The notes under the pieces: generated by a model | Databases searched by the model: none | What the model was told of the DNA's origin: nothing | What the model saw: the letters and a program-made list of their open reading frames with translations, nothing else | Shown here: piece by piece, positions 19,301 to 28,400 of the stretch | How the letters are laid out: every line of letters starts with the position of its first letter | How positions within the stretch are numbered: position 1 is the first letter of the stretch | Origin: Candidatus Marinacidobacterium sp. | GTDB lineage: Bacteria > Acidobacteriota > Vicinamibacteria > Marinacidobacterales > Marinacidobacteraceae | NCBI GenBank assembly: GCA_965204755.1 | Contig: OZ242011.1 | Span: 800,001 to 864,000 of the forward strand | Reading direction: 5' to 3' | DNA: 64,000 nucleotides | Made by a program: the position numbers and the translations under genes

Positions 19301-20560
19301 TCATCGGGCGCGGCCGGCGGGCGGGCGCTTCCCGAAGAGTCTTCCCAGCAGGGGGATCCGCCGGCGGCGCTTTTCCTCGGCGGCGCGTCGCATCAGTTCG
19401 GCCATGCGCTTCAGGGACTGTTCGAGTTGCTCGTTCGCCTGCTCCACCCGTTCGATGGAGCGGGACAGGGAGTTCCGCGAGTCCTTTCCGACGGCGGCCA
19501 CACGGTCGCCGACGGAGGCCAGGGCGCCGGCGACGGTTTCGAGGCCCGCCCGCAGGTCGCCGGCGGTCTCCTCCGCGCCGCGGGCGCTCTCGACCGCCTC
19601 CCGGACCGCTCCCGCCGACCCGGCCAACTCGGTGGAGGCTTCCCGCAGGTCGCGGGACACCGGCTCGACCGCTTCCCGGACAACGCCGCGAAGGGCGATC
19701 GCGTCGAACTCGCGGGTCAGTTCCTTCAATCCCGACCGGAGTTCTTCCGTTCCCTGCCGCACTTCGGCTGCGTGTTGTTCGACCGCGTCCCGCAGTTTCC
19801 CGGAGGCGAGGTCGATCGCCCTCGCGACGAACGCCTCGTAGAAGTCGAAGCCGGCGATCCTCTCCGCCATGGACACCAGAGCGAGCCGTACGCGGTCGGC
19901 GTCGGCGCCGATTCCTTCCCAGGCCTTGCCGGTCGTTTCCGCCAGCGCCGCGCTCTTCTCCTCGATCCCGGTCAGGCCGTCCCCGATCCTCGCGGAAGTG
20001 GCGGCGGCCTCGGCGAGTTGCGCGCGGACTTCGCCCAGCGCCTCATCCAGCGCCTCGCGCGTCCGCTCGCGGAAACTCTGGAACTCGCCCACCGTGAACT
20101 CGATCTCCCCGCGAAGCCGGCGCGCGGCGTCCCCGAGCCCCATCCGCACTTCCTCGTCCACGGTTTCCACGGTTTCGTCGGTCCGCTGGCCCACGACGAC
20201 GCGAAGCGCCATTCCCAGGATCGTGGTGGCGATGGCGATGCCGAAGTTCGTGATGATGGTTTCCGTGCCGGCTTCCTCGGGGTCGAAGACATACAGGGCA
20301 TGAGCCAGCGAAGTCAGCGTGTAGAGGAAACCCAGGTAGTAGAGGTTGTCGCCGGCGAACGCATACTTGGGCTTCTTCTCCTCGCGGTCCCACGAGGTAT
20401 AGGCGTAGGCGCCCATCAGCAGGCACGGGATCCCGGTCACCACCCACTGGCTCCATTCGAAAGTCCGGAACAGGACGATCCACGCCGCGCCGACCGCGAA
20501 GAAGCCGAAGAAGGCGAAGCGGTCGTTCCCCGGCGGCGGCCACTCCCTCCCCGCAGCCAT
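19301..20560 (-). CDS. MotA/ExbB/ZorA-like membrane protein with long helical tail
   Basis: ATG 20560 overlaps the upstream stop (TGATG). Four TM segments including DNLYYLGFLYTLTSL and NFGIAIATTILGMALR, followed by about 280 aa of amphipathic helix. Confidence 0.75.
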   Translation of the reverse strand: MAAGREWPPPGNDRFAFFGFFAVGAAWIVLFRTFEWSQWVVTGIPCLLMGAYAYTSWDREEKKPKYAFAGDNLYYLGFLYTLTSLAHALYVFDPEEAGTETIITNFGIAIATTILGMALRVVVGQRTDETVETVDEEVRMGLGDAARRLRGEIEFTVGEFQSFRERTREALDEALGEVRAQLAEAAATSARIGDGLTGIEEKSAALAETTGKAWEGIGADADRVRLALVSMAERIAGFDFYEAFVARAIDLASGKLRDAVEQHAAEVRQGTEELRSGLKELTREFDAIALRGVVREAVEPVSRDLREASTELAGSAGAVREAVESARGAEETAGDLRAGLETVAGALASVGDRVAAVGKDSRNSLSRSIERVEQANEQLEQSLKRMAELMRRAAEEKRRRRIPLLGRLFGKRPPAGRAR

Positions 20561-21402
20561 CAGTTCACCGCGGCGATGCGGCGGACGCGGGTGATCTGTC
20601 CGCCCTGGTCGGCCATCCACCGCTCCCAGAAGCCGATCACCCGCCGGGCGCCGCCCAGGGTTTCGTGGACTTCGCGCTGGATCAGGAGGACTTCGGCTTC
20701 GACGCCCTCGAGATCCGTTCGCAGGGCGTCCGCTCCCGGCGAGCGGGAGAACGACGCATGGTCCGGCAGGCCGCCGTAGAACGACAGGTTCTCCGAGTGC
20801 TGCAGGAGATCGGACACCAGGACGAGCCGTTTCGACAACCCGTCGTACCGCCGCCGCGAAAACTGCGTTACGGCGATCGCCTGGACATTCTCCATGAGCG
20901 GCGTCTCCGGCGCCTGGAGCCGGTCGAGCAGGTCCTGGAACACCCGCTCCAGCGGCCGGCGGTAGCGCTCTTCGAGCCTCCGGCGAATCAGCGTCGGGCT
21001 CTGCGTCAGTTCGCTCGCTTCGTCCGGGTCGCCCGGGTTGCAGACGGTGAGCAGCGGCTCGAGCGGGGCGCCGCCGACGGCTTCCGAGATCGGCTGCGAC
21101 TCGTAAGCCACGATCATCTCGTCGGGCTCGCTGCCCTCCACCAGATCGTCGAGGCGCCCCAGGATGTCCGCCCGGCTCACCGAAGCCACGCGGTCGGTGG
21201 TATCCACGAGGATCGCGGTGACCCGGCTCGGCCCCGCTTCCGGGCACATCGTCTCCTCGTCGCGCGCCACCGCGTCGGGACGGAGCAGCAGCATCGCGGA
21301 CACCGCCGCTGCGGCAAGCGCGAAGAGGGCCGCGCCGGCGACCTTGGACGCATTCCACTTCGGCGGCCGTTTCCCGCGGCGGCCGCGCGGTCGCGGAGGC
21401 AT
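20560..21402 (-). CDS. Membrane-anchored VWA-like domain protein
   Basis: Basic N-terminus plus one TM, then ILVDTTD (MIDAS-like), TPLMENVQAI, LVLVSDLLQHS. Confidence 0.7.
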   Translation of the reverse strand: MPPRPRGRRGKRPPKWNASKVAGAALFALAAAAVSAMLLLRPDAVARDEETMCPEAGPSRVTAILVDTTDRVASVSRADILGRLDDLVEGSEPDEMIVAYESQPISEAVGGAPLEPLLTVCNPGDPDEASELTQSPTLIRRRLEERYRRPLERVFQDLLDRLQAPETPLMENVQAIAVTQFSRRRYDGLSKRLVLVSDLLQHSENLSFYGGLPDHASFSRSPGADALRTDLEGVEAEVLLIQREVHETLGGARRVIGFWERWMADQGGQITRVRRIAAVN

Positions 21403-21409
21403 CCCGGCC

Positions 21410-22855
21410 TCAGCGCCCCGGCAACTTCAGGGTAACTTCGGGCGCCGGGAGCGCGGGCGCCGCCGGCGCCGCCGGCGCCGCCGGCGCGGGTTCCGCTTCG
21501 ACGCCCGCGCTCGCCGGCGGGCGGCCGAGCAACTCCGAAAGAGCCGCTTCGTGGGCCTGGTGCACCCGGTCCGTCGCCCGCCCGTATTCCTCTTCGAGGC
21601 GGCCCGCGAAGTCGCTCTCCGCTGCCGCTTCGTCGTCCGGCCCGCCGACGGCGGCGCGGAGATCCGTCAGCGGGGAGCGCGGCGGAGCGCGGTGGGCGGT
21701 CGGCGTTTCCCCGTCGGTCCGGGCCTGGAGATTGGCCTTCCGGTACTCGGCGACGAGCGCCGCCGCCATGCCGTCGAGTTGATCCAGGTACGCGGCGTAG
21801 TTCCTCTCCGCCGTCCGGCGCTGGTGGACGAGGCTCCGCTCCTCGAGGGGCTGCCTCTTGGCGTCGTGCACCAGGCGCTTGAAGTCGTCGAGCGCCCGCT
21901 GGCGCACCTCGTTCAGTTCGTCGGTCACCACCTCGACCTGCTCGTCGCAGGTCGAAACGGCCTTCGCGTGCTGGCGGTCCACCTCACCGTAACCCGGATA
22001 GGCGTCGTCGAACTTGCGCCCGTCGAAGAAGGCGGCCACCGAGAAGAGGAATCCCATGCCGAAGAGCAACCAGGACTCGGCGTCCTGCAACGAGAACGGG
22101 GCATCCCGGAGGCGTTCGACGACGGCCGCGCCGGCGTTGCCGACCAGGTCGCCCGATACCTCCCGGTAGTGCGCCACGCCGAGGTTGAGGACGAACGCGA
22201 GAAACAGGTAGAACGCCGTAGCGATGCCGGCGCGCAACCGCTGCCCGCCGTCCACATGGGAAAAGCCGCGGCTCAGCGGGCCGAACCAGAAGAAGGCCGG
22301 CGCGAGGTTCAGCAGACTGATCACGAACGCGACGGTGTAGGCGCCGACCAGCCCGAGTTCGTTTCCCACCGCCAGGAACGAAGTGTTGGCGAACGACTCG
22401 ATGAAGAACAGGGCGGCGACGATGCCGCCGAACAGGACCCTCTTGCCGGAATCCGGGTACTCCGCCGCTCGACGGAGACGGTTCGCGCCCTTGAAGTCGA
22501 TGAGTTCCCGCTTCCGCCGCTCCGCCTGCAGGCGCGCGTCCCGGAGCGACGGCGCCCGCGTCTGCGCGATCTGCCGGAACTCGACTTCCGCGTCCTTGAG
22601 CGCCCGGTTGAGGTCCTGGCTCGGCGAAGTCCCGCCGAGTTTCCCCCTCCGGTCCTCGAGTTCCTCCAGGTAGTGCTGCAGCCGCGACCGGGCCCGCTGG
22701 CCGAGAGCGATGATCGGCTGGCAGATCCGGGTCTCCTGGGGATCGTCCGGCGCGTAGGGCGCCGGTACGCCTCGTTCACCCGCGTCGAAACCGAGTTCTT
22801 CCGGCGTGGTCTCGGAACGGAGGGTTTCCAGGTCGGGAGGATCGAATTCGAGCAT
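21410..22855 (-). CDS. 4-TM protein flanked by coiled coils
   Basis: GAGG-type RBS upstream, helical N- and C-termini, four central hydrophobic segments. First gene of a tightly spaced operon. Confidence 0.8.
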   Translation of the reverse strand: MLEFDPPDLETLRSETTPEELGFDAGERGVPAPYAPDDPQETRICQPIIALGQRARSRLQHYLEELEDRRGKLGGTSPSQDLNRALKDAEVEFRQIAQTRAPSLRDARLQAERRKRELIDFKGANRLRRAAEYPDSGKRVLFGGIVAALFFIESFANTSFLAVGNELGLVGAYTVAFVISLLNLAPAFFWFGPLSRGFSHVDGGQRLRAGIATAFYLFLAFVLNLGVAHYREVSGDLVGNAGAAVVERLRDAPFSLQDAESWLLFGMGFLFSVAAFFDGRKFDDAYPGYGEVDRQHAKAVSTCDEQVEVVTDELNEVRQRALDDFKRLVHDAKRQPLEERSLVHQRRTAERNYAAYLDQLDGMAAALVAEYRKANLQARTDGETPTAHRAPPRSPLTDLRAAVGGPDDEAAAESDFAGRLEEEYGRATDRVHQAHEAALSELLGRPPASAGVEAEPAPAAPAAPAAPALPAPEVTLKLPGR

Positions 22856-23165
22856 CGCCTTACCTCTTCGGTCTCAAGTTGCGGTCGGCGAAGCAGGGCG
22901 GCGTACGGAAGATCGAAGAACCGGGTTCGCCGGCGCGGAGCGTCGCGACGGGTCCCCGGTTACGAGGGAAGGCGCCGGCGGCACCCGGTAGATACGAGCC
23001 GAAAAGGTTTCGCCGTTCGGACGGCCGCCGCCGACCGGCGCGGCGCCGGGTCGGCGAGACGCGAATCCGGCCGTCGGCGAACGGGGGATCGTACCACCGC
23101 CTCCCCGCGGGGCGCGCCCGGCGGAATGCCGGCGCAGCCGACGCCGGAGCGCCGGACGGCGGGCG

Positions 23166-23960
23166 TTACGCCAGCGGGTCGAAGCGGCCGTCGGCGGCGG
23201 TCCAGCCGCCGTCCACGAAGAGGACGGAACCCGTTATGTACCGCGACGCCGGGGACAGGAGGAAGACCGCGGGGGCGGCGACTTCGTCGGCGGAGGCCCA
23301 GCGGCCGAGGAGCGTCTTCGCGGTGTAGGCCGCCTTCCAGTCGGGCCGGGACTCGATCGGCGCGGTGAGCGGCGTGTCCACGACGCCGGGCGCGAGCGCG
23401 TTCACCCGGACGCCCTGCGGGGCGAACTCCGCGGCGGCGGTCCGGGCCAACTGGACGATGCCGGCCTTGGTGGCGGCATAGACCCCCTGCCCCGGCTCGA
23501 TGACCTGCGAGCGGATCGAAGAGAGGAGCACGACGCTGCCGCCGCCGGACGCCGCGAGGCGCGGGCCGCCGACGCGCAAGGCCTCGAACGCGCCGCGCAG
23601 GTTCAGGCCCACCACGCGCTCGAACTCGGCGCCGGTGGTGTCCGCGATGCGCTTCCGCACATTGATCCCGGGAGTGACGACCAGCCCGGCGGGCGCGAAG
23701 CCGCGCTCGTCGAGGTCGGCGAACAGCCGCTCCACCGAGGCCCCGGAAGAGACATCCACCGCCGCCGCGAAGGCCTCGCCCGACCGCTCGCGGATATCCC
23801 CGGCGACCCGCTCCGCCTCCTCCCCGCGGAGGTCGGCGACGGCCACCCGGGCGCCGGAGGCGGCGGCGAGCCGGGCCGTCGCTTCGCCGATGCCGGAGGC
23901 GCCGCCGATGACGACGACCGCGCCGCCGGCGAGCGAGAAGGGAGACTCGGAATCGTTCAT
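23166..23960 (-). CDS. Short-chain dehydrogenase/reductase
   Basis: GGASGIG, catalytic S..YAATK, VNALAPG, VDGG. Confidence 0.92.
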   Translation of the reverse strand: MNDSESPFSLAGGAVVVIGGASGIGEATARLAAASGARVAVADLRGEEAERVAGDIRERSGEAFAAAVDVSSGASVERLFADLDERGFAPAGLVVTPGINVRKRIADTTGAEFERVVGLNLRGAFEALRVGGPRLAASGGGSVVLLSSIRSQVIEPGQGVYAATKAGIVQLARTAAAEFAPQGVRVNALAPGVVDTPLTAPIESRPDWKAAYTAKTLLGRWASADEVAAPAVFLLSPASRYITGSVLFVDGGWTAADGRFDPLA

Positions 23961-23987
23961 GGGGTTTCGATTATGGAAGACGACCGA

Positions 23988-25388
23988 TCAGGAATCGCCC
24001 GCCGGCCGGGGCCGGCCGACGCGCGGACGGAGGCGGGACGCCGCGGCGACTCCGGCGGCGGAGACGAGGATCCCGGCGAGCGGCGGCGCCGCCGGGGGAA
24101 GGCCGGGAACCGCCGACGCGGCGAGGAAGGCGGCGACCCCCGCGCCGGCGCCCCACCCGATCGCCGCGCCCGAAGGCCGGAACCGGTGGAGGCCGGCGAG
24201 GATCGGGACGAAGAGGGAGACCCCGAGGATCGAATAGAAGACGGTGAGCGACTCGATCACGCTCCCGGCGAGGATGGCGACCAGGGTTCCCGCCGCGGCG
24301 GCCGCCGCCGCCGAGAGGCGCGCCGCGCGGAGCACCGCCGCGTCGTCCGCCTCCGGGCGGAGGAAGCGCTGGTAGAGGTCGCGGGAGAGCGAGGTCGAGA
24401 GCATGAAGAGGACGGCGTCCGCGCTCGACACTTCGGCGGAGAAGAGGGCGGCGACCCCCAGGCAGCCCAGCCAGAGCGGCAGCGACTCCACCAGCAGGAC
24501 GGGCAGCGCGGCGTCCGGGCGGGCCAACTCCGGGTGCAGGACGGCCGCCGAAGCGCCGAGCAGCGGGGGGACCGCGGCGAAGGCGAGCAGCGCCATCCCG
24601 GCGGCGAGGAGGCCCCGCCGCACCGCCCGCTCGTCCCGTCCGCCGAAGAGTTTCTGGAGGATGCCGGGAGACACCAGGAACGCCGGAACCAGCAGCACCG
24701 CGTAGCCGAGCGCCAGCGAGCCGCTGGAGAAGACATTCGCCGCGTCCGGGCCGAGCGCCCCGCGGATCCCGTCCGCGCCCCCGGCGGCCTCGAACGCGAA
24801 CGGGACGGCGAGCGCCAGCCCGCCGAGCAACACGCCGAGTTGCACGAAGTTCACCGACGCAGCGCTCTGGAGGCCGCCCACCGCGAAGTACGCGGTCATG
24901 ACCGCCGCCGCCGCCGCGACCGCCGCCGGGAACGGGAGCGCGGTGACCGACTCGACGAGCACGCCGGCGGCGAGCAACTGCGCCGCCAGCACGAACAGGG
25001 TGGCGACCAGCAGGAGTCCGGTCAGCGCGGCCCGGACGCCGGCCCCGTAGCGGAGTTCGAGGAAGTCGCCGACGGTGCGCAGGCGGGCTTCGGAAGCCGC
25101 CCGCCACATCCGCGGGCCGAGCCAGACGGCGAGCAGCAGCGTCCCGATCCCGGCCGCCCCCACCCACCACCAGGCGGCGAGCCCGTGTTCGTAGCCGAGC
25201 GCCGCCGCGCCGATGGTGGACCCCGCCCCGATGTTCGCGGCCAGGACCGTGGCGAAGACCAGCCGCGCCGGCAGGCGGCGTCCGGCGACGAAGAACGCCT
25301 CCGCCGAACGGGCCCGGCGGGAGACGAACCAGCCGACCGCGACGAGGAGCGCGGAGTAGGCCGCGAGGACGAGGAGATGCGGGGACAT
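23988..25388 (-). CDS. Sodium:solute symporter family protein
   Basis: FFVAGRRL, ANIGAGSTIG, GGL, FSAEVSSAD; about 12-13 TM segments. Confidence 0.88.
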   Translation of the reverse strand: MSPHLLVLAAYSALLVAVGWFVSRRARSAEAFFVAGRRLPARLVFATVLAANIGAGSTIGAAALGYEHGLAAWWWVGAAGIGTLLLAVWLGPRMWRAASEARLRTVGDFLELRYGAGVRAALTGLLLVATLFVLAAQLLAAGVLVESVTALPFPAAVAAAAAVMTAYFAVGGLQSAASVNFVQLGVLLGGLALAVPFAFEAAGGADGIRGALGPDAANVFSSGSLALGYAVLLVPAFLVSPGILQKLFGGRDERAVRRGLLAAGMALLAFAAVPPLLGASAAVLHPELARPDAALPVLLVESLPLWLGCLGVAALFSAEVSSADAVLFMLSTSLSRDLYQRFLRPEADDAAVLRAARLSAAAAAAAGTLVAILAGSVIESLTVFYSILGVSLFVPILAGLHRFRPSGAAIGWGAGAGVAAFLAASAVPGLPPAAPPLAGILVSAAGVAAASRLRPRVGRPRPAGDS

Positions 25389-25519
25389 GCGGGGGTCGGC
25401 TACCGGCGGGGGTCGGCTACCGGCGGGGGCGCGGCGCCTCCCGCCGCGCTCCGCGAAGCGGAGGGACTTCGCGGGGCGTGATCGCGGCCGGCGCTCCCGG
25501 CAGTCAGAATGACCGCGCC

Positions 25520-25756
25520 ATGCCGGTGCAGATCACCATCCGCGAGGTTCCCGAGTCGGTGCGGGACGAACTCGCGTCGCGCGCCGCGGCCGAAGGCAAG
25601 TCCATGCAGCAGTTCCTGCTCGCGGTTCTGGAGCGCGCCGTCGAGTATCCCTGCCAAGTGAAACTCATGGAGCGCATCCGTGAACGCGTGAGGGCGTCCA
25701 AGTCCGGCATCACTACCGCCGACATCCTGGCGGCGAGGGACGAGGAACGGCGTTGA
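25520..25756 (+). CDS. Ribbon-helix-helix antitoxin (FitA/VapB-like), apparently orphan
   Basis: MPVQITIREVPESVRDELASRAAAEGKSMQQFL and C-terminal DILAARDEER. CAGAAT lies 9 nt before ATG 25520. Confidence 0.8.
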   Translation: MPVQITIREVPESVRDELASRAAAEGKSMQQFLLAVLERAVEYPCQVKLMERIRERVRASKSGITTADILAARDEERR

Positions 25757-25871
25757 CCGACCAGGCACCCCCTCTGTCTCCGAATTCGCCGTCACCGAAG
25801 TCGCCGTCACCGAATTCGCGGTAGGCCGGCGCCGACGCCGACCCGGGTCGAAGTCCCGGTCGAAGTCCGGA

Positions 25872-26942
25872 TCATCCGGGCCGGTTCGAGTTCGCCGGCG
25901 CCGCCGGCAGGTCGCGGACGGCCGGCAGACCGGGGAGCGACTCCGCGGAGCGCGCGGCGTCCAGCACCGCCCGGGCGACGGCCTCGGCGGCGAGCGCGCC
26001 GACCCGGGTGAGGGAGGCGGCGGGGCCGCCGCCGGGGGAGAGCGCGAACAGCGTGTCCCCGTCCGCCGGGGTGTGCGCCGGGTAGATCGTTCGCGCCAGT
26101 CCGTCCTGCGCCATCTGCGCGACCTTGGTCGCCTCCGACTTCGTCAGCGGGGCGTTCGTGGCCACCACGCCGATGGTGGTCGCTTCGATCCCGGCGTCCC
26201 CGCTCCGCGCCTCGCCGCCGTCGGGCGCCGGGGGCGCGAGGAGCAGCCGCCGGGCGTCCGCGAGACCGCCGGCCTCGTCCCGCACGCCGGCGACGACCTC
26301 CCCGGTCGCCGGATCCACGATGTCGCCGACCGCGTTCACCGCGACCAGCGCCGCGACCACCAATCCGTCCCCGAAGGCGAGCGACGCCGAACCGAGCCCG
26401 CCCTTCATCGCCCGGGCCAGCCCGCGCATCTTGCCGACCGTCGCCCCCGCCCCGGCCCCGGCGTTCCCCCGCCGCACCGGCCCGGCGCCGGCCGAAACCG
26501 CCGCCCGGTAGCCGCAGTCCGCCCCCGGCCGCGCCTCCTCGTTCCCCGGGACGCCGAGGTCGAACAGGATCGCCGCCGGGACGATGGGCACCCGGAACCT
26601 CCCCGCCGGATAGCCGACGCCCCGCTCCTCCAGGAACCGCATCACGCCGTCGGCGGCGGCGAGCCCGAAGGCGCTCCCGCCGGAGAGCGCGACCGCGTGC
26701 GCTTCGCTGACGGTGTGGACCGGGTCGAGCAGCGCCGTCTCCCGGGTCCCCGGCGCGGAGCCCCGCACATCCACCCCGGCGACGGCGCCCCCGGAGGCGA
26801 GGACGACGGTGCACCCGGTGGCGGCGCCGGCGAGTTCGTGGTGTCCCACCCGGATCCCCGGCACGGCGGTCAGTCCCGGATCCGGCGCCTGCGCCCCGGC
26901 CGCCGCGGCGGCGAGGGTCAGCAGGAAGGCGGCGGTCGGCAT
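25872..26942 (-). CDS. P1/S58 family peptidase (DmpA-like), exported
   Basis: Signal peptide, TAVPGIRVGH, GSAPGTRET, LSGGSAFGL, TTIGVVATNA, DGDTLFAL. Confidence 0.88.
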   Translation of the reverse strand: MPTAAFLLTLAAAAAGAQAPDPGLTAVPGIRVGHHELAGAATGCTVVLASGGAVAGVDVRGSAPGTRETALLDPVHTVSEAHAVALSGGSAFGLAAADGVMRFLEERGVGYPAGRFRVPIVPAAILFDLGVPGNEEARPGADCGYRAAVSAGAGPVRRGNAGAGAGATVGKMRGLARAMKGGLGSASLAFGDGLVVAALVAVNAVGDIVDPATGEVVAGVRDEAGGLADARRLLLAPPAPDGGEARSGDAGIEATTIGVVATNAPLTKSEATKVAQMAQDGLARTIYPAHTPADGDTLFALSPGGGPAASLTRVGALAAEAVARAVLDAARSAESLPGLPAVRDLPAAPANSNRPG

Positions 26943-27068
26943 CGAGTCCGGCGGAGGGCGGGCGCGGCGGGCGGGCGGGGCGCGGCGGGCGGCCGGCGCC
27001 GCCGACCGTTCCGCGCCCCTCCGGCGGCTCGATTCTACGGACGGCGCCGGCGGGTATTCTCATTTCGC

Positions 27069-28388
27069 TTGCCCGGCCCCCACGAAGTCCCCCCGGCGCT
27101 CGCCGACCGCATCCAGCGCGAAGTCGAGGACGCCGCGGACGAAATCGCCGCCTTCACCGGGGAGTTGGTGCGGATTCCCACGGTGAACCCGCCGGGGCGC
27201 CACTACCGGGAGTGCGCCGACCGGATCGGCGAAGAGTTGCGCCGGATCGGCTTCGAGGTCGAGACCGCCGAGCCCGCGCCGGAGGAGTGCTCCGGCCCGG
27301 CCTGGCCGGCCGACTGCCCCCGGCGCAATGTGGTCGGCCGGCTTCCCGGCCCGCTCGGCGGGAACGGGCGCCGCCTCCACCTGAACGGCCACTTCGATGT
27401 CGTCCCGGCGGGCGCCGGCTGGAGTTTCGATCCCTTCTGCGGGAAGGTCGAGAACGGCGCGGTGCTCGGCCGGGGGACCAGCGACATGAAGGGGGGACTG
27501 GCGGCGGCGGTCTTCGCGGTGGAGGCCCTCCGCCGCGCCGGCGCCCGCCTCCGGGGAACCGTCGAAGTCTCGGGGACCGTGGACGAAGAGTCCGGCGGCT
27601 TCGCCGGCGCCGCCTGGCTGGCGGAGACCGGGCGGATCTCCCCGGCGACCGACGCCGTCATCATCCCGGAGCCGTTCGGCGCGCGCCGGGTCTCGGTCGG
27701 CCACCGGGGCGTCTATTGGTTCCGGGTGGTCTCCGAAGGCGAAACCGCGCACGGGAGCATGCCGTTCCTGGGGCGAAACGCCGCGCTCCACCTCGCGCCC
27801 CTGCTCGAAGCGGCGCGCACCGGGTGGGCCGCCGAGTTGCGCGGCCGCCGGACGGCGCTCCCGGTCGTGCCCGAAGGCGCCCGGTACGCCACGGTGAATG
27901 TGAACGGCATCCTCGGCGGCCAGACCGGCGGCGAAGCGCCGAGCCCCCAGGTGCCGGACCGGGCGGAGGCGGTCTTCGACCGGCGGTTCCTGCCGGAAGA
28001 GGGCGGGCTCGACGCCGTGCGGGAGGAAACGGCGCGCTGGGTCGCCGAGTGCGCGGCGGAGGACCCGGCCCGCCGTTACCGGATCGAAGAACTGATGACC
28101 GTGGAGCCGGTGGTTACGCCGCCGGACTCGCTGGCGGCGGCCGCGGTGCGGTTCGGCGTCCGGGAAGCGCTCGGAACGGAAGTGGAGGAGGTCGCGAGCC
28201 CGGGGACCTACGACCAGAAGCACTTCGCCCGGATCGCCGGCGTCGCCGACTGCGTCGCCTACGGGCCCGGAATCCTCGAACTCGCCCACCGGCCGGACGA
28301 ACTCTGTCCGGTGGCGGAACTCGCGGACGCGACCAGGGTGATCGCGCTGGCGGTCGCCGCGGCGGTGGGCGCGGACTCGGGCGGCTGA
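27069..28388 (+). CDS. ArgE/DapE-family M20 deacylase
   Basis: TTG start inferred, 8 nt after TATTCT. Motifs TVNPPG, NGHFDVVP, GRGTSDMKGG, DEESGG, PGTYDQKH, AHRPDE. Confidence 0.87.
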   Translation: MPGPHEVPPALADRIQREVEDAADEIAAFTGELVRIPTVNPPGRHYRECADRIGEELRRIGFEVETAEPAPEECSGPAWPADCPRRNVVGRLPGPLGGNGRRLHLNGHFDVVPAGAGWSFDPFCGKVENGAVLGRGTSDMKGGLAAAVFAVEALRRAGARLRGTVEVSGTVDEESGGFAGAAWLAETGRISPATDAVIIPEPFGARRVSVGHRGVYWFRVVSEGETAHGSMPFLGRNAALHLAPLLEAARTGWAAELRGRRTALPVVPEGARYATVNVNGILGGQTGGEAPSPQVPDRAEAVFDRRFLPEEGGLDAVREETARWVAECAAEDPARRYRIEELMTVEPVVTPPDSLAAAAVRFGVREALGTEVEEVASPGTYDQKHFARIAGVADCVAYGPGILELAHRPDELCPVAELADATRVIALAVAAAVGADSGG

Positions 28389-28400
28389 GGCGAACCGACC

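Noticed and set aside
18032-20560. Flagellar motAB, exbBD/tolQR or canonical zorAB
   Set aside because: No OmpA domain, Glu instead of Asp, and no flagellar, tonB, tol or zorC/D/E neighbours. Kept as an unnamed system rather than given these symbols.
15524-20779. 1751-aa plus-strand ORF and other long Arg/Pro/Gly-rich ORFs (e.g. 33054-37094, 43004-47146)
   Set aside because: Stop-poor shadow frames typical of >70% GC DNA. They overlap genes with clear motifs.
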